A stretch of 64,000 nt of DNA from Isurus oxyrinchus (GCA_026770705.1 JANJGN010000052.1:3286001-3350000); one strand, 5' to 3'. Numbered from the stretch's first letter, positions 35,601 through 47,204 are shown. Program-made: numbers and translations. Notes: generated by a model not told the origin, from the letters alone.

Positions 35601-38365
35601 CAGGGCAATGGAGCCTCAGGAGAAGAGATGGAAACCCTGTGAGGTGGAACGTCACTGAGGCCATCCGAGTTGAAGCGACTTTTGGAGAGAATTCCAAGGC
35701 AAGATCTTCGAAGTTGAAGACTGGAATCCCTCATGAGAGAAACAGAGTTTCAGTGAGATTGGTTGACTGACAGTGTTCACTGATGTCCGGGTGGGTTGTT
35801 GTGAAATCCATGGGATCTGTCTTGGTCGCGTTTACAATTTAATGAGTAGTGTGGCTGTGAGACCACAGTTTGCCTGTTAATTCACATGAGCTCATATTAA
35901 TCCAGAATGTTAGGGTATAAGGTGGATATTGTAAATTATTTTATCTTTCTGACCTGGTGCAGTAAAGTTTATTTTTGTTTGTTTAAAAGCCATGGAAACT
36001 CTGTTTCTCTCATGAGGGATTCCAATCTTCAACTTCGTACATCCTGCCTTGGAATTCTCTCCAAAAGTCGCTTCAACTCGGATGGCCTCAGTGACGTTCC
36101 ACCTCACAGGAATCTTGTAGCTTTATTCTCTTCGCAGGCGTCTTAAATCTCAAACCTCATCTCCTTGAAACAAAACATTACTTGTTCCTAACTGTAAATT
36201 ACCAAAAAACATTGGTTTCTGTTCCTCCATCAGCAACTCTTCAGAATCCTGCTGAAGTCACGGATATTTCAGAAGGACAGGGAACAAGCGGTTTCTGGTA
36301 TCAGCGTTTTGTGTGGGGCCCAGTTCAGTTTGAACAAATAAACAACACCATCTTTGAAAGTCATGAACCCACCAGAGCGGCACCTCCGACACATGCAGAT
36401 CTCAGGCGAGAGGCGCTTTGTTAGTGTGTTTCACAGTGTCTGCTGGAGTAGGGTCAGTGCTGAGAGGGTCTGCTCAAGGATCATAACAACCTGCACTTGC
36501 ACCTTCCAAGTAATAAGATTTTGTAAATGTATTCATTCATGGGATGTGGGCGTCGCTGCCAAGGCCAGCATTTGCTGCCCATCTCTAATGTCCCGTGACA
36601 TAATCTCTGTAGCAGAGTAGAGACAATCATGATCACTCAGGATATTTGACATCTATCCACATGAGCAGCTTAGGCTTCCTTCTCTCTTTCAGTTATCTTA
36701 CTCCCTTATTGAAGTTTCTAGCATGGTGAGAACTGGATGGTTTGCTCGGACATTTCAGAGGAACCACGTTGCTATGAGTCTGGAGTCACATGTAGGCCAG
36801 ACCAGATATAGACGGCAGATTTCCTTCCCTAAAGGCCATTAGTGAACCAGATGGGTGTGTATGACAATCGATGATAGTTTCATGGTCTCCATTACTGAGA
36901 CTAACTCCCATTAGCGTAAACAGAGTGAACAGTTTTCCATTGATCCCACCTTTCCCGTTCTCTCCGGTATTTTACACACTATTGCTCGATAATTTGATTC
37001 TGCCAAGGACCCCTTGGAAAATCATGGACCCCAGTTAGACAACCAATGGAATAAGGAATCTCTTTGGATTCTAACTGCCAAAGGAATCTCTTTGGATCCT
37101 CATTGTCTGAAGAATCTCTTTGGATCCTCATTGTCTAGGGGATTATTTCTGATCCAAACCCCATATTGTTGTATGGTTGATTCCGATGCAGCATTGTAGA
37201 CTGACTTGTCCCCAAGCTCAGCACTGACCCTACTCCAGCAGACCCTGAGAAACACAATAACAAAGCGCCTCTAGCCTGAGCTCTGCATGTGTCGGAGATG
37301 CCGCTGTGGTGGGTTCATGACTTTCAAAGATGCTGTTGTCATTTTTTTGCTCAAACTGAACTGGGCCCCACATGAAACGCTGATACCAGAAACCTCTTGT
37401 TCCCTGTCCTTCTGAAACATCTGTGATTCAGCAGGATTCTGAAGATTTGCTGACAAGGTTCTTAAATTGTCTGATTGTTGAATGATACAACACAGGAGGA
37501 GCTCATTTGACCCATCGTGCATGTGCTGGCTCTTTCCCAATTCCTCTCCAGCACCTTTCACACAGCCCTGCAAATTTCCCTTCAAGTATTTATCCAGTTC
37601 CCCTTCTGAAAGTTCCTGTTGAATCTGCTTCCACCGCCCTTTCAGGCAGTGAGTCAATGGTCTCTCTCTGAGCTGCAAAGTGCTAAGATTCTGTGAAATG
37701 TAAACTCTGCAGCAGATCAGAGACACTCATGATAACTCAGAATATTTGACAGAATTACACACAAACGGCTTCATCTTCTTCTCTCTTTCAGTTATCTTGC
37801 TCCCTTATTGAAGTATCTAGCAAGGTGAGAATGGACAGGAAGTGTGACACTGAACAGCCTGTCTATTCTAGGAGCTGCTGTGTTGTCTTCATGGGTAATT
37901 TTGAATACAGGCAGCAAAGAACAAAAATTTCAGGCCATTGCTATTGGAGACCTCGCATTAGGATAGGCTTCATCCGCCAGTATTTATCTCTGCTTCTCTA
38001 CTAAACCCATCAATCCCCATCGCTCAGTGACCAACGTCCGACAGCAACTGAATTTTAAGATTCTGCTCTAGCTGCTACAAACCTGCCTATCCCTGTACAC
38101 TCCTTCAGCCCCTACAACCCTGCAAGACCTCTGCTGTCCTCCAATTCTGCTGTCAGACAGGGAGTCAGTGTATATCAGTGAGCACAGGGGTGATGGATAA
38201 ATGGGACTTGGTGTGAGTTTGTACACTGGCTCACTGCTGAATCAGTTCTCTATCAGAGCTCAATAAGAATGATCTTTTACAAAGACTATTAACCATAAAT
38301 CTGTCCGAGCTGACGATGGTATTACCTTGGAGAAGTGACAGGAGGAAGTAAGATTTCCGAATCAT
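14362..38365 (-). CDS. Gene B: inhibitory Siglec-like receptor (leader-V-V-C2-[Ig]x8-9-TM-ITIM/ITSM), ~1252 aa with 8 stalk exons
   Basis: The exons used in this model have GT/AG sites and compatible phases (1-1 for Ig exons; TM 1-2; first cytoplasmic exon 2-0; last exon phase 0). Siglec cysteine pattern and F-strand Arg (YFFRIE) are present, and no stops were seen in the exons used. Confidence 0.85.
14798..17490. repeat. Intronic 33-bp minisatellite (~81 units, ACAGTGCAGCACTCCCTCAGTACTGACCCTCTG)
   Basis: Direct inspection; accounts for the long repetitive ORFs on both strands. Confidence 0.95.
17712..17793 (-). CDS. Gene B first cytoplasmic exon (KRKTAMEERVSGTSDIALTPSPLSVKHQ)
   Basis: ttattgcag| ... 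CAG|gtacag; 82 nt, phase 2-0, joins the TM and ITIM exons in frame; conserved copy at 44795-44876. Confidence 0.78.
18671..18767 (-). CDS. Gene B transmembrane exon (CRDSSKWTVGLFTAGIMLSVFLAGIFIFICVR)
   Basis: gtttttacag| ... |gtaagt; ~23 uncharged hydrophobic residues followed by a basic stop-transfer motif RKRK after splicing. Confidence 0.85.
19585..19866 (-). CDS. Gene B stalk Ig exon 10 (membrane-proximal)
   Basis: 282 nt, phase 1-1; ICSVESFPASNLTW...DTGDYQCVAENEHG (C2/I-set C-W-DxGxYxC). Confidence 0.9.
20358..20639 (-). CDS. Gene B stalk Ig exon 9
   Basis: 282 nt, AG/GT intact, open frame. Confidence 0.88.
21416..21697 (-). CDS. Gene B stalk Ig exon 8
   Basis: 282 nt, AG/GT intact, open frame. 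Confidence 0.88.
22511..22792 (-). CDS. Gene B stalk Ig exon 7
   Basis: 282 nt, AG/GT intact, open frame. Confidence 0.88.
22944..23300 (-). mobile_element. Internally deleted CR1/L2-family LINE 3' fragment in a stalk intron
   Basis: Similar to 12110-12920 (CCATCCCTAATTG.CCTTGAG; GTTGGAGATG.TCA.TGCCTGG). Confidence 0.65.
23430..23470 (-). ncRNA. Minimal type I hammerhead ribozyme-like motif (A6U variant) in the left Penelope arm
   Basis: AGTT-CTGTCGA-A-GAGTC-ATGAA-GACTC-GAAAC-GTC-AACT on the minus strand. Confidence 0.55.
25381..25421 (+). ncRNA. Minimal type I hammerhead ribozyme-like motif (A6U variant) in the right Penelope arm
   Basis: AGTT-CTGTCGA-A-GGGTC-TTGAG-GACTC-GAAAC-GTC-AACT. 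Confidence 0.55.
26066..26268 (-). pseudogene. Gene B stalk Ig exon 6, 5'-deleted pseudo-exon (no acceptor)
   Basis: Sequence jumps from exon (TTATCACT) directly into intron (TATTTCACATTT); ~199 bp missing relative to the unit at 28089-28500. Confidence 0.85.
27136..27417 (-). CDS. Gene B stalk Ig exon 5
   Basis: 282 nt, AG/GT intact, open frame. Confidence 0.88.
28089..28370 (-). CDS. Gene B stalk Ig exon 4
   Basis: 282 nt, AG/GT intact, open frame. Confidence 0.88.
29089..29370 (-). CDS. Gene B stalk Ig exon 3
   Basis: 282 nt, AG/GT intact, open frame. Confidence 0.88.
30073..30113 (-). CDS. Gene B stalk Ig exon 2 (only the first 41 nt visible; remainder in N gap)
   Basis: Acceptor gtttttag|ATGGACCACAG..., GPQNVSITSLGMI, then Ns. 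Confidence 0.65.
30859..31140 (-). CDS. Gene B stalk Ig exon 1
   Basis: 282 nt, AG/GT intact; DAPQNLSITSLDMINASWINIIEG... Confidence 0.9.
31272..31567. repeat. 33-bp minisatellite, ~9 copies
   Basis: Direct inspection; the equivalent intron in gene C has only ~1 unit (55243-55280). Confidence 0.9.
31685..31981 (-). CDS. Gene B C2-set Ig exon (Siglec domain-2 type)
   Basis: 297 nt; DFTDKPTIFP...SCTFNTTCNG...LTW...LSCRVRYP; extra BC-loop Cys as in CD33-type domain 2. Confidence 0.9.
32353..32721 (-). CDS. Gene B second V-set exon (V2)
   Basis: 369 nt, phase 1-1; AEPSQEW...SCVQIPCHYSYPSCLEN...DCSLIINNIRREDAGPYFFRIE. Confidence 0.9.
32853..32990 (+). ncRNA. Short Penelope-derived terminal-repeat element with a canonical hammerhead ribozyme core (32857-32891)
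   Basis: CTGATGA-A-GAGTC-ATACG-GACTC-GAAAC-GTT-AACT, followed by the same GATGCTG.CAGACCTGCTGAGTTTTTCC tail as the Penelope arms; inserted in a CR1 fragment. Confidence 0.7.
32995..33650 (+). mobile_element. Degenerate CR1 LINE ORF2 3' fragment
   Basis: LQKDINKLAEW-like start; AGGAGAAACTTCTTTACCCAGAGA CR1 3' motif. Confidence 0.65.
34387..34755 (-). CDS. Gene B first V-set exon (V1)
   Basis: 369 nt, phase 1-1; VGLSQEW...SCVQIPC...DCSL...YFFRIE. Confidence 0.9.
35636..36110. repeat. ~115-bp inverted repeat (35636-35751 / 35995-36110)
   Basis: CCTGTGAGGTGGAACGTCACTGAGGCC...AACAGAGTTTC and its reverse complement. Confidence 0.85.
38326..38365 (-). CDS. Gene B leader exon, MIRKSYFLLSLLQ
   Basis: ACCATG start, 40 nt, CAAG|gtaata phase-1 donor. 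Confidence 0.82.
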
Positions 38366-38798
38366 GGTCCACTCTCAGATATTTCCTCAGCTTCTAACTC
38401 TGAAGTTCTGAAAGAGAAAGGAGTTAATGAGACTTCACCTCTTGTCCGAATGCTCTCGAGAGATCAGAAATGCTTTTAGACAATATCTTCACAGACTAGT
38501 TTGATTCTCTGTGGGATGATAGGTGCTCTGCAGAGAGTTACAAGGCTTTCAGAAAGAAAAACAATGAAGGACTTGCATTTCTCTCGCTGCTTTCACCACC
38601 TCAGGCCATCCCCAAGCTCATGTCCCTTGAGCTAGAAAGATGTTCTGTACAACAGACTTGAGCCTCACACCCAGATCTCAATAATCAGTAGAAATCTTTC
38701 AAAGGCATCGATCATTGGAATCTGTCTTTATAAAGTCACAACATCAACAAAGGACGGTGTTGGTGGTGGAAGTGAATTCCAATCATTCCGTTACTTAC

Positions 38799-38940
38799 CC
38801 AGGACCTGTCCGACTGCTCGCCTGGGGAGGAACTGCCCACACGCTCTGCTTGGGCTGAATGACCTCTTCCTGTGCTGCTCCCTCTGTGTATTTAATTAGA
38901 AAGGGCTGATGTGTCACTGTGAGACAAAATGAGGAAGTTG
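38799..38940 (-). promoter_or_regulatory. Gene B putative promoter and non-coding exon 1 with PU.1/Ets-like site (AAAATGAGGAAGTT, 38926-38939)
   Basis: Conserved in all three paralogues up to this point; CCTGG|gtaagt donor at 38799; homology ends just beyond the Ets motif. Confidence 0.5.
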
Positions 38941-39149
38941 GAACAAAGTGAGTGAACAGCACTTTGCTGTGCACTGTCAGTAAACCCTGTGTCTGTATAA
39001 GAATATAAGAACAGAACAAGTAGGATCAGCTGGACACCCTGACATTTTCATTCGTTATATTCCATCCACTCATTTTTTTATCCCTTCACTGAAACTATTT
39101 ATCTCCCTCTGCAGCCTCTTTGTGTCCTCCTCACAACTTGCTTTCCTGC

Positions 39150-41930
39150 CCAGCTTATATATTTCCTACCTATCTTCACCACACAGTCAGAAAATCTGCC
39201 TACAGTACAGTCAGTCTCTTCATCCAAGTCACTAATGTAGATTGTGACTAGTTGAGGCCTCAGCACTGATCCCTGTGGCTCTCCACTAGTTACAGTTTAC
39301 CAAGCTGAAAATCACCCATTTATCCTGGCTGTCTGTTTCCTGTCAGTTAGCCAGTCCTCTATCCATATTAATATATCACCCCCAACACCATCCAATTTCA
39401 CCCTGTGCAGTATCCTTTGATGTGGCACCTTATCAAAAGCCTTTTGGAAATCCAGTGTCATGAAGAGATATTTGTGTGTAAAATATGCTTGGAAATTATT
39501 ATTTAAAATAGAATTCTAGTGGTGGTCCATGTATAGGTGTGTGTCTGTGTGTGTCATAATTGGATTAAAGCCAGCTGCTCTGTGTGCTTTGATGTTTAGT
39601 AGTTTTGAGATGTTAATTGGGTGAATTGTGAGGAGAACAGTAAAGTGTTCATTTGCAATTGTTGAATAAACCATTCCAGACAGGGGGTAAAATCTTGCAC
39701 CTTGTTAGAAGAATCCAAGAGATGTGTTTTTTCTTAAACTTACTAATGAAATTGGTGCTGTGAAAGGGGCTTTTATTGTTCGAAGAGCTGGAGTTCATAA
39801 GTCCGAGTGATACAATGGAAAATTTACATTCAAAGGGAAAGCTAGCTATATAAAGGAAGGAGTTTGTGTGTCTGAGGCAGGAGCATTTCAGACTTAACCA
39901 GCCTGTAGCCTCCAACCAACTTGCAAAGGAACCTCATTTGGAATTCGGAATGTCAAATGTGCTTTGCCTGGTGTCTATATTATGTCAATGGTTCACTGTT
40001 GTCTTAGTAGAGATTTACGTGGGGGTGATTAATTGGGGGATTTGTTAAAAAGTTTTTATAGTAGTTAGTGTAGCCAATGTGTATATGTTAATTTTTGTTG
40101 TTAAGTTAATAAATGGTCTATTTAGTTTTATATAAAAAAACCCAAAATCCTCGGTGGTCTAATTCCTACTGAATTCAAAGTCTTCATCTCGAAATTACAA
40201 ACAGCAAGATTGGGTTATGACAGTTGTTTCAATTTTCCCTCTGTGATTTGAACAACTCAGCCTTTACCCTTGGCTGTGTCATAGTCCCTAATACACCACA
40301 TCTACAGATTCCCCTTTATCCAATCCACTTGTTACATCCTCGAGGAAATCTAATTATTTTTCAAACATGATATCCCTTTCACAAACCCATGTTGACTCTG
40401 TCTGATTGAATTATGGTTTTCTAAACGTCCTGCTGCTCCCTCCTTCATAATGAATTCTGGTATTTTTCCATGACAGATATTAGACTAACTGACCTGTAAA
40501 TTCTTGCTTTCTGCCTCCTCCCTTTATTGAACAGACGTGTTTCATTTATGTTTTTCCAATGCGCTGGGACCTTCCCATAATCTAAGGAATTCTGAAAGAT
40601 TACAACCAATGCATCCACCGTCTCTGCAGCCATTTCCTTTCAGACCCTCACATTCAGGCCGTCTGCTCCATGGGACTTGTCAGCATCTGTCTCATTAGTT
40701 TTCTTAATACTTTTTCTCTGGTGATAGTGATTGTTTTATGTTCCTCCCTCCTTGTTGCACCGTGACTTTCTCCTGCTATTGGGATGGTTTTAGAGATTTT
40801 TACTGTGAAGACAGACACAAAATTCTTGTTGAAAGTCTCTGTCATTTCCTTGTTTCCCATTATTAATTCCCCAGTCTGATTTTCTATGTGTCCCATTATT
40901 ACTGGAGCTTCTCTCTTATCTTAATGTACAACATCTCACTGTCATTGTTTATGGTTCTTGCTAGTTTACTCTCATATCATCATTTCTGCCTCCTTATATT
41001 TCTCCCCTCACTTTTCTGGTTTCTCAAATATTCCCAATCTCCAGCCTATCACTAAGCATCCCAACATTGGCGGCTTTATCTCACAATTGGATACCGTCCT
41101 TAGCTTCCTGAGTTAGCCGCCGATGCTCCATCCTTCTTATAGATTCTTTCTTTCTAACTGGAAAATATCTTCATTGGAATTTATGAAAGATCTCTTTAGA
41201 TGCCTGTTACTCCTCATCTACACCCCCTCCCCCCACTTTAACCTGCTGTCCCACTCCACTTGGGCCGACTCTACCTTTAACCCTTGTAATTGCCTTTAGT
41301 TAAGTTTATGACACTAGCTTCAGAACCAAGTTTCCAAATTGAATATTAAATTTCAACACCGTATGATTACTCTTCCCTTGAGGGTCCTTTACAATGAGAT
41401 GTTAATTAGTCTTGTCTCATTAAACATTGCCAGGTCTAAAACAGCCTCTACCCTGGTTGGTTCCATGTTGGATTGTTGTAAAATACTGTCCTGAATACAA
41501 TCTGTATAACCTCGCTGAAAGCTACATTTGCTAATCTGATTTGTCTAATCCATATGATGATTGAAAACTCCCATGATTAATGTGGTGCCTTTCTCACAGA
41601 CCTCCTCATGTATTGATTTATAATCTACCCCTGCAGTGTAACTACATTCAGGGGGAGTATAAACCAACCCACCAGTGATTTCTTTCCCTTGCAATTCCTT
41701 ATGTTCACCCAAACTGACTGTGCATCTTGACATCTGAGCCAAAATCATTTCTCACTACTTTACAGGTCTCATCTTTTATTAACAGAGCTACCCCACCTCC
41801 TTTTCATTTTTCCTATCCTTTCAAAGATTCCAAATATCCTTCAATTTTCAATTTCCAACCTTGGTCACTTTGCAACCAACTCTCTGCAGTGTCCATCTTA
41901 TCGTACCCATTAATCTCTATTTGTGCTATA
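39150..41930 (-). mobile_element. Decayed CR1 LINE ORF2 (EN-RT) with a nested solo-LTR-like element at ~39456-40283
   Basis: Translations ALVVIFQNSLDYGKVPAHWK and GELIMGNKEMTETFNKNFVSVFT. Confidence 0.75.
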
Positions 41931-43101
41931 ACTTCATTCATTTGTTCCAACTTTATATTTTATATATTCATTCTTCCATGGGAAGTGGGCATCACTGGCT
42001 AGGCCAGCATTTATGGCCCATCCCTAATTACCTTGAGAAGGTGGTGGTGAGCTGCCTTCCTGACCCTCTGCACTCCATGTGGTGTAGGTACACCCACAAT
42101 GCAGTTAGAGAAGGAAGTCCAAGATTTTGACCCTAGTGGCAGTGAAGGGACGGCGATATATTTCAAAATCAGGATGATGTGTGTCTTGGAGGCGAACTTC
42201 CAGGTGGTGGTGTCTGGGCATTTCAATCCCTTGTGACAATAAATGTAATATTATAGAAAATGCAAAGGCTTCTTGTAATCTATCACAGAATAAACAAGTT
42301 GCAGAATTCAGAAAGCACTTTCTGAAATGTCAACAAAGTTCAGTGACATCACATTTCTGCTAATTACTATTCGTCCATGTTGGCTGCACGCAGTCAGGCA
42401 GTCCCTCGGTTGTGATGTGTCCACACAGCAGTACTGGGATGCATCAGCATCAAAGGACATGCTTAGTTGTTGCCGTGCAATGCATTTATTGCGAGGCTGT
42501 TGCACACACGCCCTGTCGATGGACCCTCCGAATTACCATTCTGAATCGAGGCAAATCAACTTTCCTGCAACAACTTGCATTTATATGGCACACTTAATGT
42601 AACAAACTGTCCCAAATCTCTTCAGGGGATTGTTACCTACATATAAATCCATCTCTGAGACACATAATGAAGTATTAGGGACAGGTGACAAAAAGCTGAT
42701 TTCACAAAGCCAGTTAATNNNNNNNNNNNNNNNNNNNNNNNNNNNNNNNNNNNNNNNNNNNNNNNNNNNNNNNNNNNNNNNNNNNNNNNNNNNNNNNNNN
42801 NNNNNNNNNNNNNNNNNNNNNNNNNNNNNNNNNNNNNNNNNNNNNNNNNNNNNNNNNNNNNNNNNNNNNNNNNNNNNNNNNNNNNNNNNNNNNNNNNNNN
42901 NNACTGAATCTCTGTCCCCAATGACTCAGCATCAAGTCGTCACTGGGGAAACATTTCATTCCAAACCACACCAACCACAGACCCATTCAGTCCCTTCCTC
43001 CCTCTCTCCCCCTCTCCCCCAGTGGGTTGTCTCATGTTCCCAAGAATCTTCATCCCTGCCACCATCCACAAACCTCCTGACCCCCTCTCCCTTTTTCACG
43101 C

Positions 43102-43350
43102 TCAGTTTCTCTTGAATCTGATCTGTGCGTATTCCGTCTCCTCTTCCCTGTGGACAGACCCATCACCACTGGGCACCCTGAAGACTTGGGGATTGGCGTA
43201 GAGAAACTCGTCGGGATTGTCGGGGTTCCCATGACCAACATCGCCTCCCACTGCACATTCAGAGAGACCCCGGGGAGCTGGGGTCTCCCCCTCGCTAGTT
43301 GTGTCTCTGGTTGTGTCCCGGGGCTCAGTAATCAGCACGTTCTGTTTACT
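43102..43350 (-). pseudogene. Orphan copy of the terminal cytoplasmic exon (FLYANP, TEYAQI)
   Basis: Open frame, intact acceptor, clear paralogue of 14362-14610; no TM or Ig exon recognised upstream on this strand within the window. Confidence 0.6.
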
Positions 43351-43495
43351 CTACAGAGAAATGGAAACAGAAGACATCCTCACATCATTTACTGGCACTG
43401 ATAGGGTTAAATTATTCTGCAGCCTCGTTAGTATCAGTCGTGGGTCAGTGGGTTTAACCCTCTCTCACATGTCTTATGAAAGAAAACACCTATGG

Positions 43496-43760
43496 CAGTG
43501 CAGTGCTCCCTCAGTACTGACCCTTCGATAGTGCAGCACTTCCTCAATGCTGACCATCCAACAGTGCAGCACTCCCTCAGTACTGACCCTCCGACAGTGC
43601 AGCGCTCCCTCAGTACTGACCCTCCAACAGTGCAGCGCTCCCTCAGTACTGACCCTCCGACAGTACAGGTCTTCCTCAGTACTGACCCTCTGACAGTGCA
43701 GCACTCCCTCAGTACTGACCCTCTGACAGTGCAGCACTCCCTCAGTACTGACCCTCTGTC
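43496..43760. repeat. 33-bp minisatellite, ~8 copies
   Basis: Direct inspection; same intron position as the 14798-17490 array. Confidence 0.9.
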
Positions 43761-43901
43761 AGTCTCGCACTCCCTCGGTAATGGCTCTGGCGAGTGTCGG
43801 CTTGGATTCTGCACTCAGGTGCCTGGTGTGAGGCTCAATAACATGAATCTTGTAATCAGAGAGAGGATGAGAGAGAGAGAGATGAAGGGTCAGAGACAGA
43901 G

Positions 43902-44659
43902 CGTTATGAATCTATTAATGTATGTATTGTAATTGGAAATTGTCTTTTTAAACAGAGGTTTAGTCTGTGGGTGTGTGTGTGTGTGTTTTAATTGGATTAA
44001 AGCCAGCCGGTCTGGGTACTTTGATGTATAGTAGTTTTGAGATGTAAACAAAGAGGTAAAGAGGCATATTGCATTTTTAAAAGGAGGATTCAAAGCCTGG
44101 GAGTGAATTCTTAAACCAATCAATGTTTATATTACTAATAAAATTGAGACAATGAAAGGGGATTTATAGTTAGAAGAGATGGAGATCAAAGGTCCTGATG
44201 ATACAATGAGAATTTACATTCAAAGAGAAGCACTGGGTATAACTTGAGCAGTTTTGTGTGTGCAGAGCAGAGGCTTGTAACATCAAAGCAGCTGTAAGCC
44301 TACACCTGTCTGCAAAGGCACCAAAGTGAAAGGAACCTCATTTGGAATTTGTGAGGTGAAAATGCTTTGCTTGGAATCTGCTTAAAGTCTATGGGTTGTC
44401 TTAGAGGACGTTAGTTTGGGAATTTGTTAAAAAGTTATGATAGTACTAGCTTGTAGCCATTTGCATATGATTAACTTGTGAAAATTAATAAATGTCTCAT
44501 GTAGTTTGATATAAACCCATCTCAAGAACTGATGGTCTTATTCCTGAATTTAGAGCTGCATCTCAAACATTCCACTGGGAAATATAGGTTATGATAGTTG
44601 TTTAAAGTTTCCCTCTGGGATTTTAAACAACAGCCTTTACCAGTTGCTGTGTCATAACA
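43902..44659. mobile_element. Solo-LTR-like insertion
   Basis: (C/T)GTTATGA...TCATAACA ends; absent from the equivalent gene B intron (~17570); similar to 39456-40283. Confidence 0.6.
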
Positions 44660-44794
44660 GAGAGACAGCATGGTACTGAACCATTGCTGACTGCACAGGT
44701 ACAAATCAGTGGGTAATTGGGCTGGGAATCTGTGACATGTGTTGTCTACACACTGAGATTGAAGCTTTGGGGTGAGTGTAAACAGCTCCTGTAC

Positions 44795-44876
44795 CTGGTG
44801 CTTCACAGAGAGTGGACTGGGGGTCAATGCAATGTCACTGGTCCCTGAAACTCTCTCCTCCATCGCTGTCATTCTC
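44795..44876 (-). pseudogene. Orphan copy of the first cytoplasmic exon (RMTAMEERVSGTSDIALTPSPLSVKHQ)
   Basis: Almost identical to 17712-17793, including splice sites. Confidence 0.65.
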
Positions 44877-45009
44877 CTGCAATAACACAATATCACACTG
44901 TGGTTATCATATAGCAGAGAGTCAGTGTAGCACAGACACAGAGCCCACTGTAATCTTAGACCAACGACTGGGACTGTCTCTTTAAATCAGTTCTATACAA
45001 AGCACAGAA

Positions 45010-45478
45010 TCAAGAAGCTTGACACCATCCAGGACAAAGCAGCCCGATTGATCTACACCCCATCCCCCACATTAAACATTCACTCCCTCCACAACGAACA
45101 CACAGTGGAAGCAGTGTGTGTACCATCTACAAGATGCACTGCAGCAACTCAGCAAGGCTCCTTCAACAGCACCTTCCAAACCCACGACCTCTACCATCTA
45201 GAAGGACAAGGGCAGCAGACACATGGGAACACCACCACCTGGAAGTTCCCCTCCAAGCCACTCACCATCCTGACTTGGAAATATATCATCGTTCCTTCAC
45301 TGTCACTGGGTCAAAATCCTGGAACTCTCTCCCTAACAGCACTGTGGGTGTACCTACACCACATGGACTGCAGCGGGTCAAGAAGGCTGATCACCACCAC
45401 CTTCTCAAGGGCAATTAGGGATGGGCATTAATGCTGGCATCACCAGTGACAGCCACATTCGATGTAAGAATTAAAAAT
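45010..45478 (+). mobile_element. CR1/L2-family LINE 3' end
   Basis: Reverse-complement match to 12110-12555. Confidence 0.75.
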
Positions 45479-46047
45479 CTCACAGCTCAATGTATTTATT
45501 GGGATCCTCCTGCACACACGCCCTGTCGAAGGAGCCTTTGTGGTTCCACTGTTAATCGAAGCAGATCAGACTTACTGCAACTACTTGCATTTATATAGCA
45601 CCTTTAATGTAGCAAAATGTCCCAAGGCTCATCCGGGAATTGTTAGTCACATCTTCACCTGACTCTGAGGCACATGAGGAGATATAAGGGACAGGAGACC
45701 AACAGCTGAGTCAACAAAGTCAGTTATTAACGGGCATCTTAAAGGAGGAGCTGGAGATAGAGAATGAGTGACAGACACAGAAAGAAAGACAGAGAGAGGG
45801 AGAGAGAGAACAAGAGAGCGAGAGAGAGAGAGAGAGACAGAGAGAGACAGTGAATCTCTATCCCCAGTGGCTCAGCATCCAGTCCTCTCTGGAGAAGCAT
45901 TTCATTCCAAACCACACCAACCGCAGCCCAATCCCATCCCTTGCTCCCTCTCTCACCCTCTCCCCCAGTGGGTTGTTTCCTGTTCCCAGGAATCTCAATC
46001 ACTACCCCCACCCCCACACCCCCTCACTCCCTCTCCCCATTTCTCAT

Positions 46048-46296
46048 TCAGTTATGCTCGAACCTGATCTGTGCGTATTCCGTCTCCTCTTCTCTGTGGA
46101 CAGACCCATCATCACTGGACATCCTCAATACTTGGGGATTGGCGTAGAGAAGGCCGTTGGGATTGTCGATGTGCCAATGTCCAGCATCGCCTCCCAATGC
46201 ACCTTCAGAGAGACCCCAGGGAGCTGGGGTCTCCCCCTCACTAGTTGTGTCTCTGGTTGTGTTCCGGGGCTCAGTAATCAGCACGTTCTGTTTACC
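46048..46296 (-). pseudogene. Second orphan terminal cytoplasmic exon (LLYANP, TEYAQI)
   Basis: Open frame, intact acceptor, paralogue of 14362-14610 and 43102-43350. Confidence 0.6.
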
Positions 46297-46440
46297 CTAC
46301 AGAGAAATGGAAACAGAAGACATCCTCACATCATTTACTGGCACTGATAGGCTTAAATTATTGAGCAGCCTCATTAGTGTCAGTCGTGTCTCAGTGGGTT
46401 TAACCCTCTCTCTCATGTCATCTGAAAGAAACCACCTATG

Positions 46441-46985
46441 GCAGTGCAGTGCTCCCTCAGTACTGACCCCCCCCCCGCCTGTGCAGCACATCCTCAATGG
46501 TGACCCTCTGTCAGTCTCGCACTCCCTCTGTACAGTGCAGCACTTCCTTAGCACTGACCCTCTGACAGTGCAGCACTCCCTCGGAACTGACCCTCCATCA
46601 GTGCAGCGCTCACTCAGTACTGACCCTCCAACAGTGCAGCACTGCCTTAGCACTGACCCTCTGACAGTGCAGCACTCACTCAGTACTGACCCTCCAACAG
46701 TGCAGCACTCCCTTAGCCCTGACCCTCTGACAGTGCAGCACTCCCTCAGTACTGACCCTCCAACAGTGCAGCACTCCCTTTTCACTGACCCTCTGACAGT
46801 GCAGCACTCCCTCAGTACTGACCCTGCAACAGTGCAGCACTTCCTTAGCACTGACCCTCTGATGGTGCAGCACTCCCACATTACTGACCCTCTGACAGTG
46901 CAGCACTCACTCAGTACTGACGCCTCCAACATTGCAGCATTCCCTCTGCACTGACCCTCTGACAGTGCAGCACTCCCTCAGTAAT
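46441..46985. repeat. 33-bp minisatellite, ~15 copies
   Basis: Direct inspection. Confidence 0.9.
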
Positions 46986-47204
46986 GATACCACAGATTGT
47001 CGACATGGACCATATGGCCAGAGACCTGTATTGGGAACTCTTAGCCTGAGTTTCAGCCTCCGAGGTGAGGGGAAGGGGTCGAATCCCACGGAGCCAATGG
47101 AGAAGCTTCATGACTACAGCTGCCCAAATATGAGCTGACAGATCATCACATGGTAAACGTTTTGCTGAGAGCACAAAACATCCTCAATCTTCTCACTGGT
47201 TACC

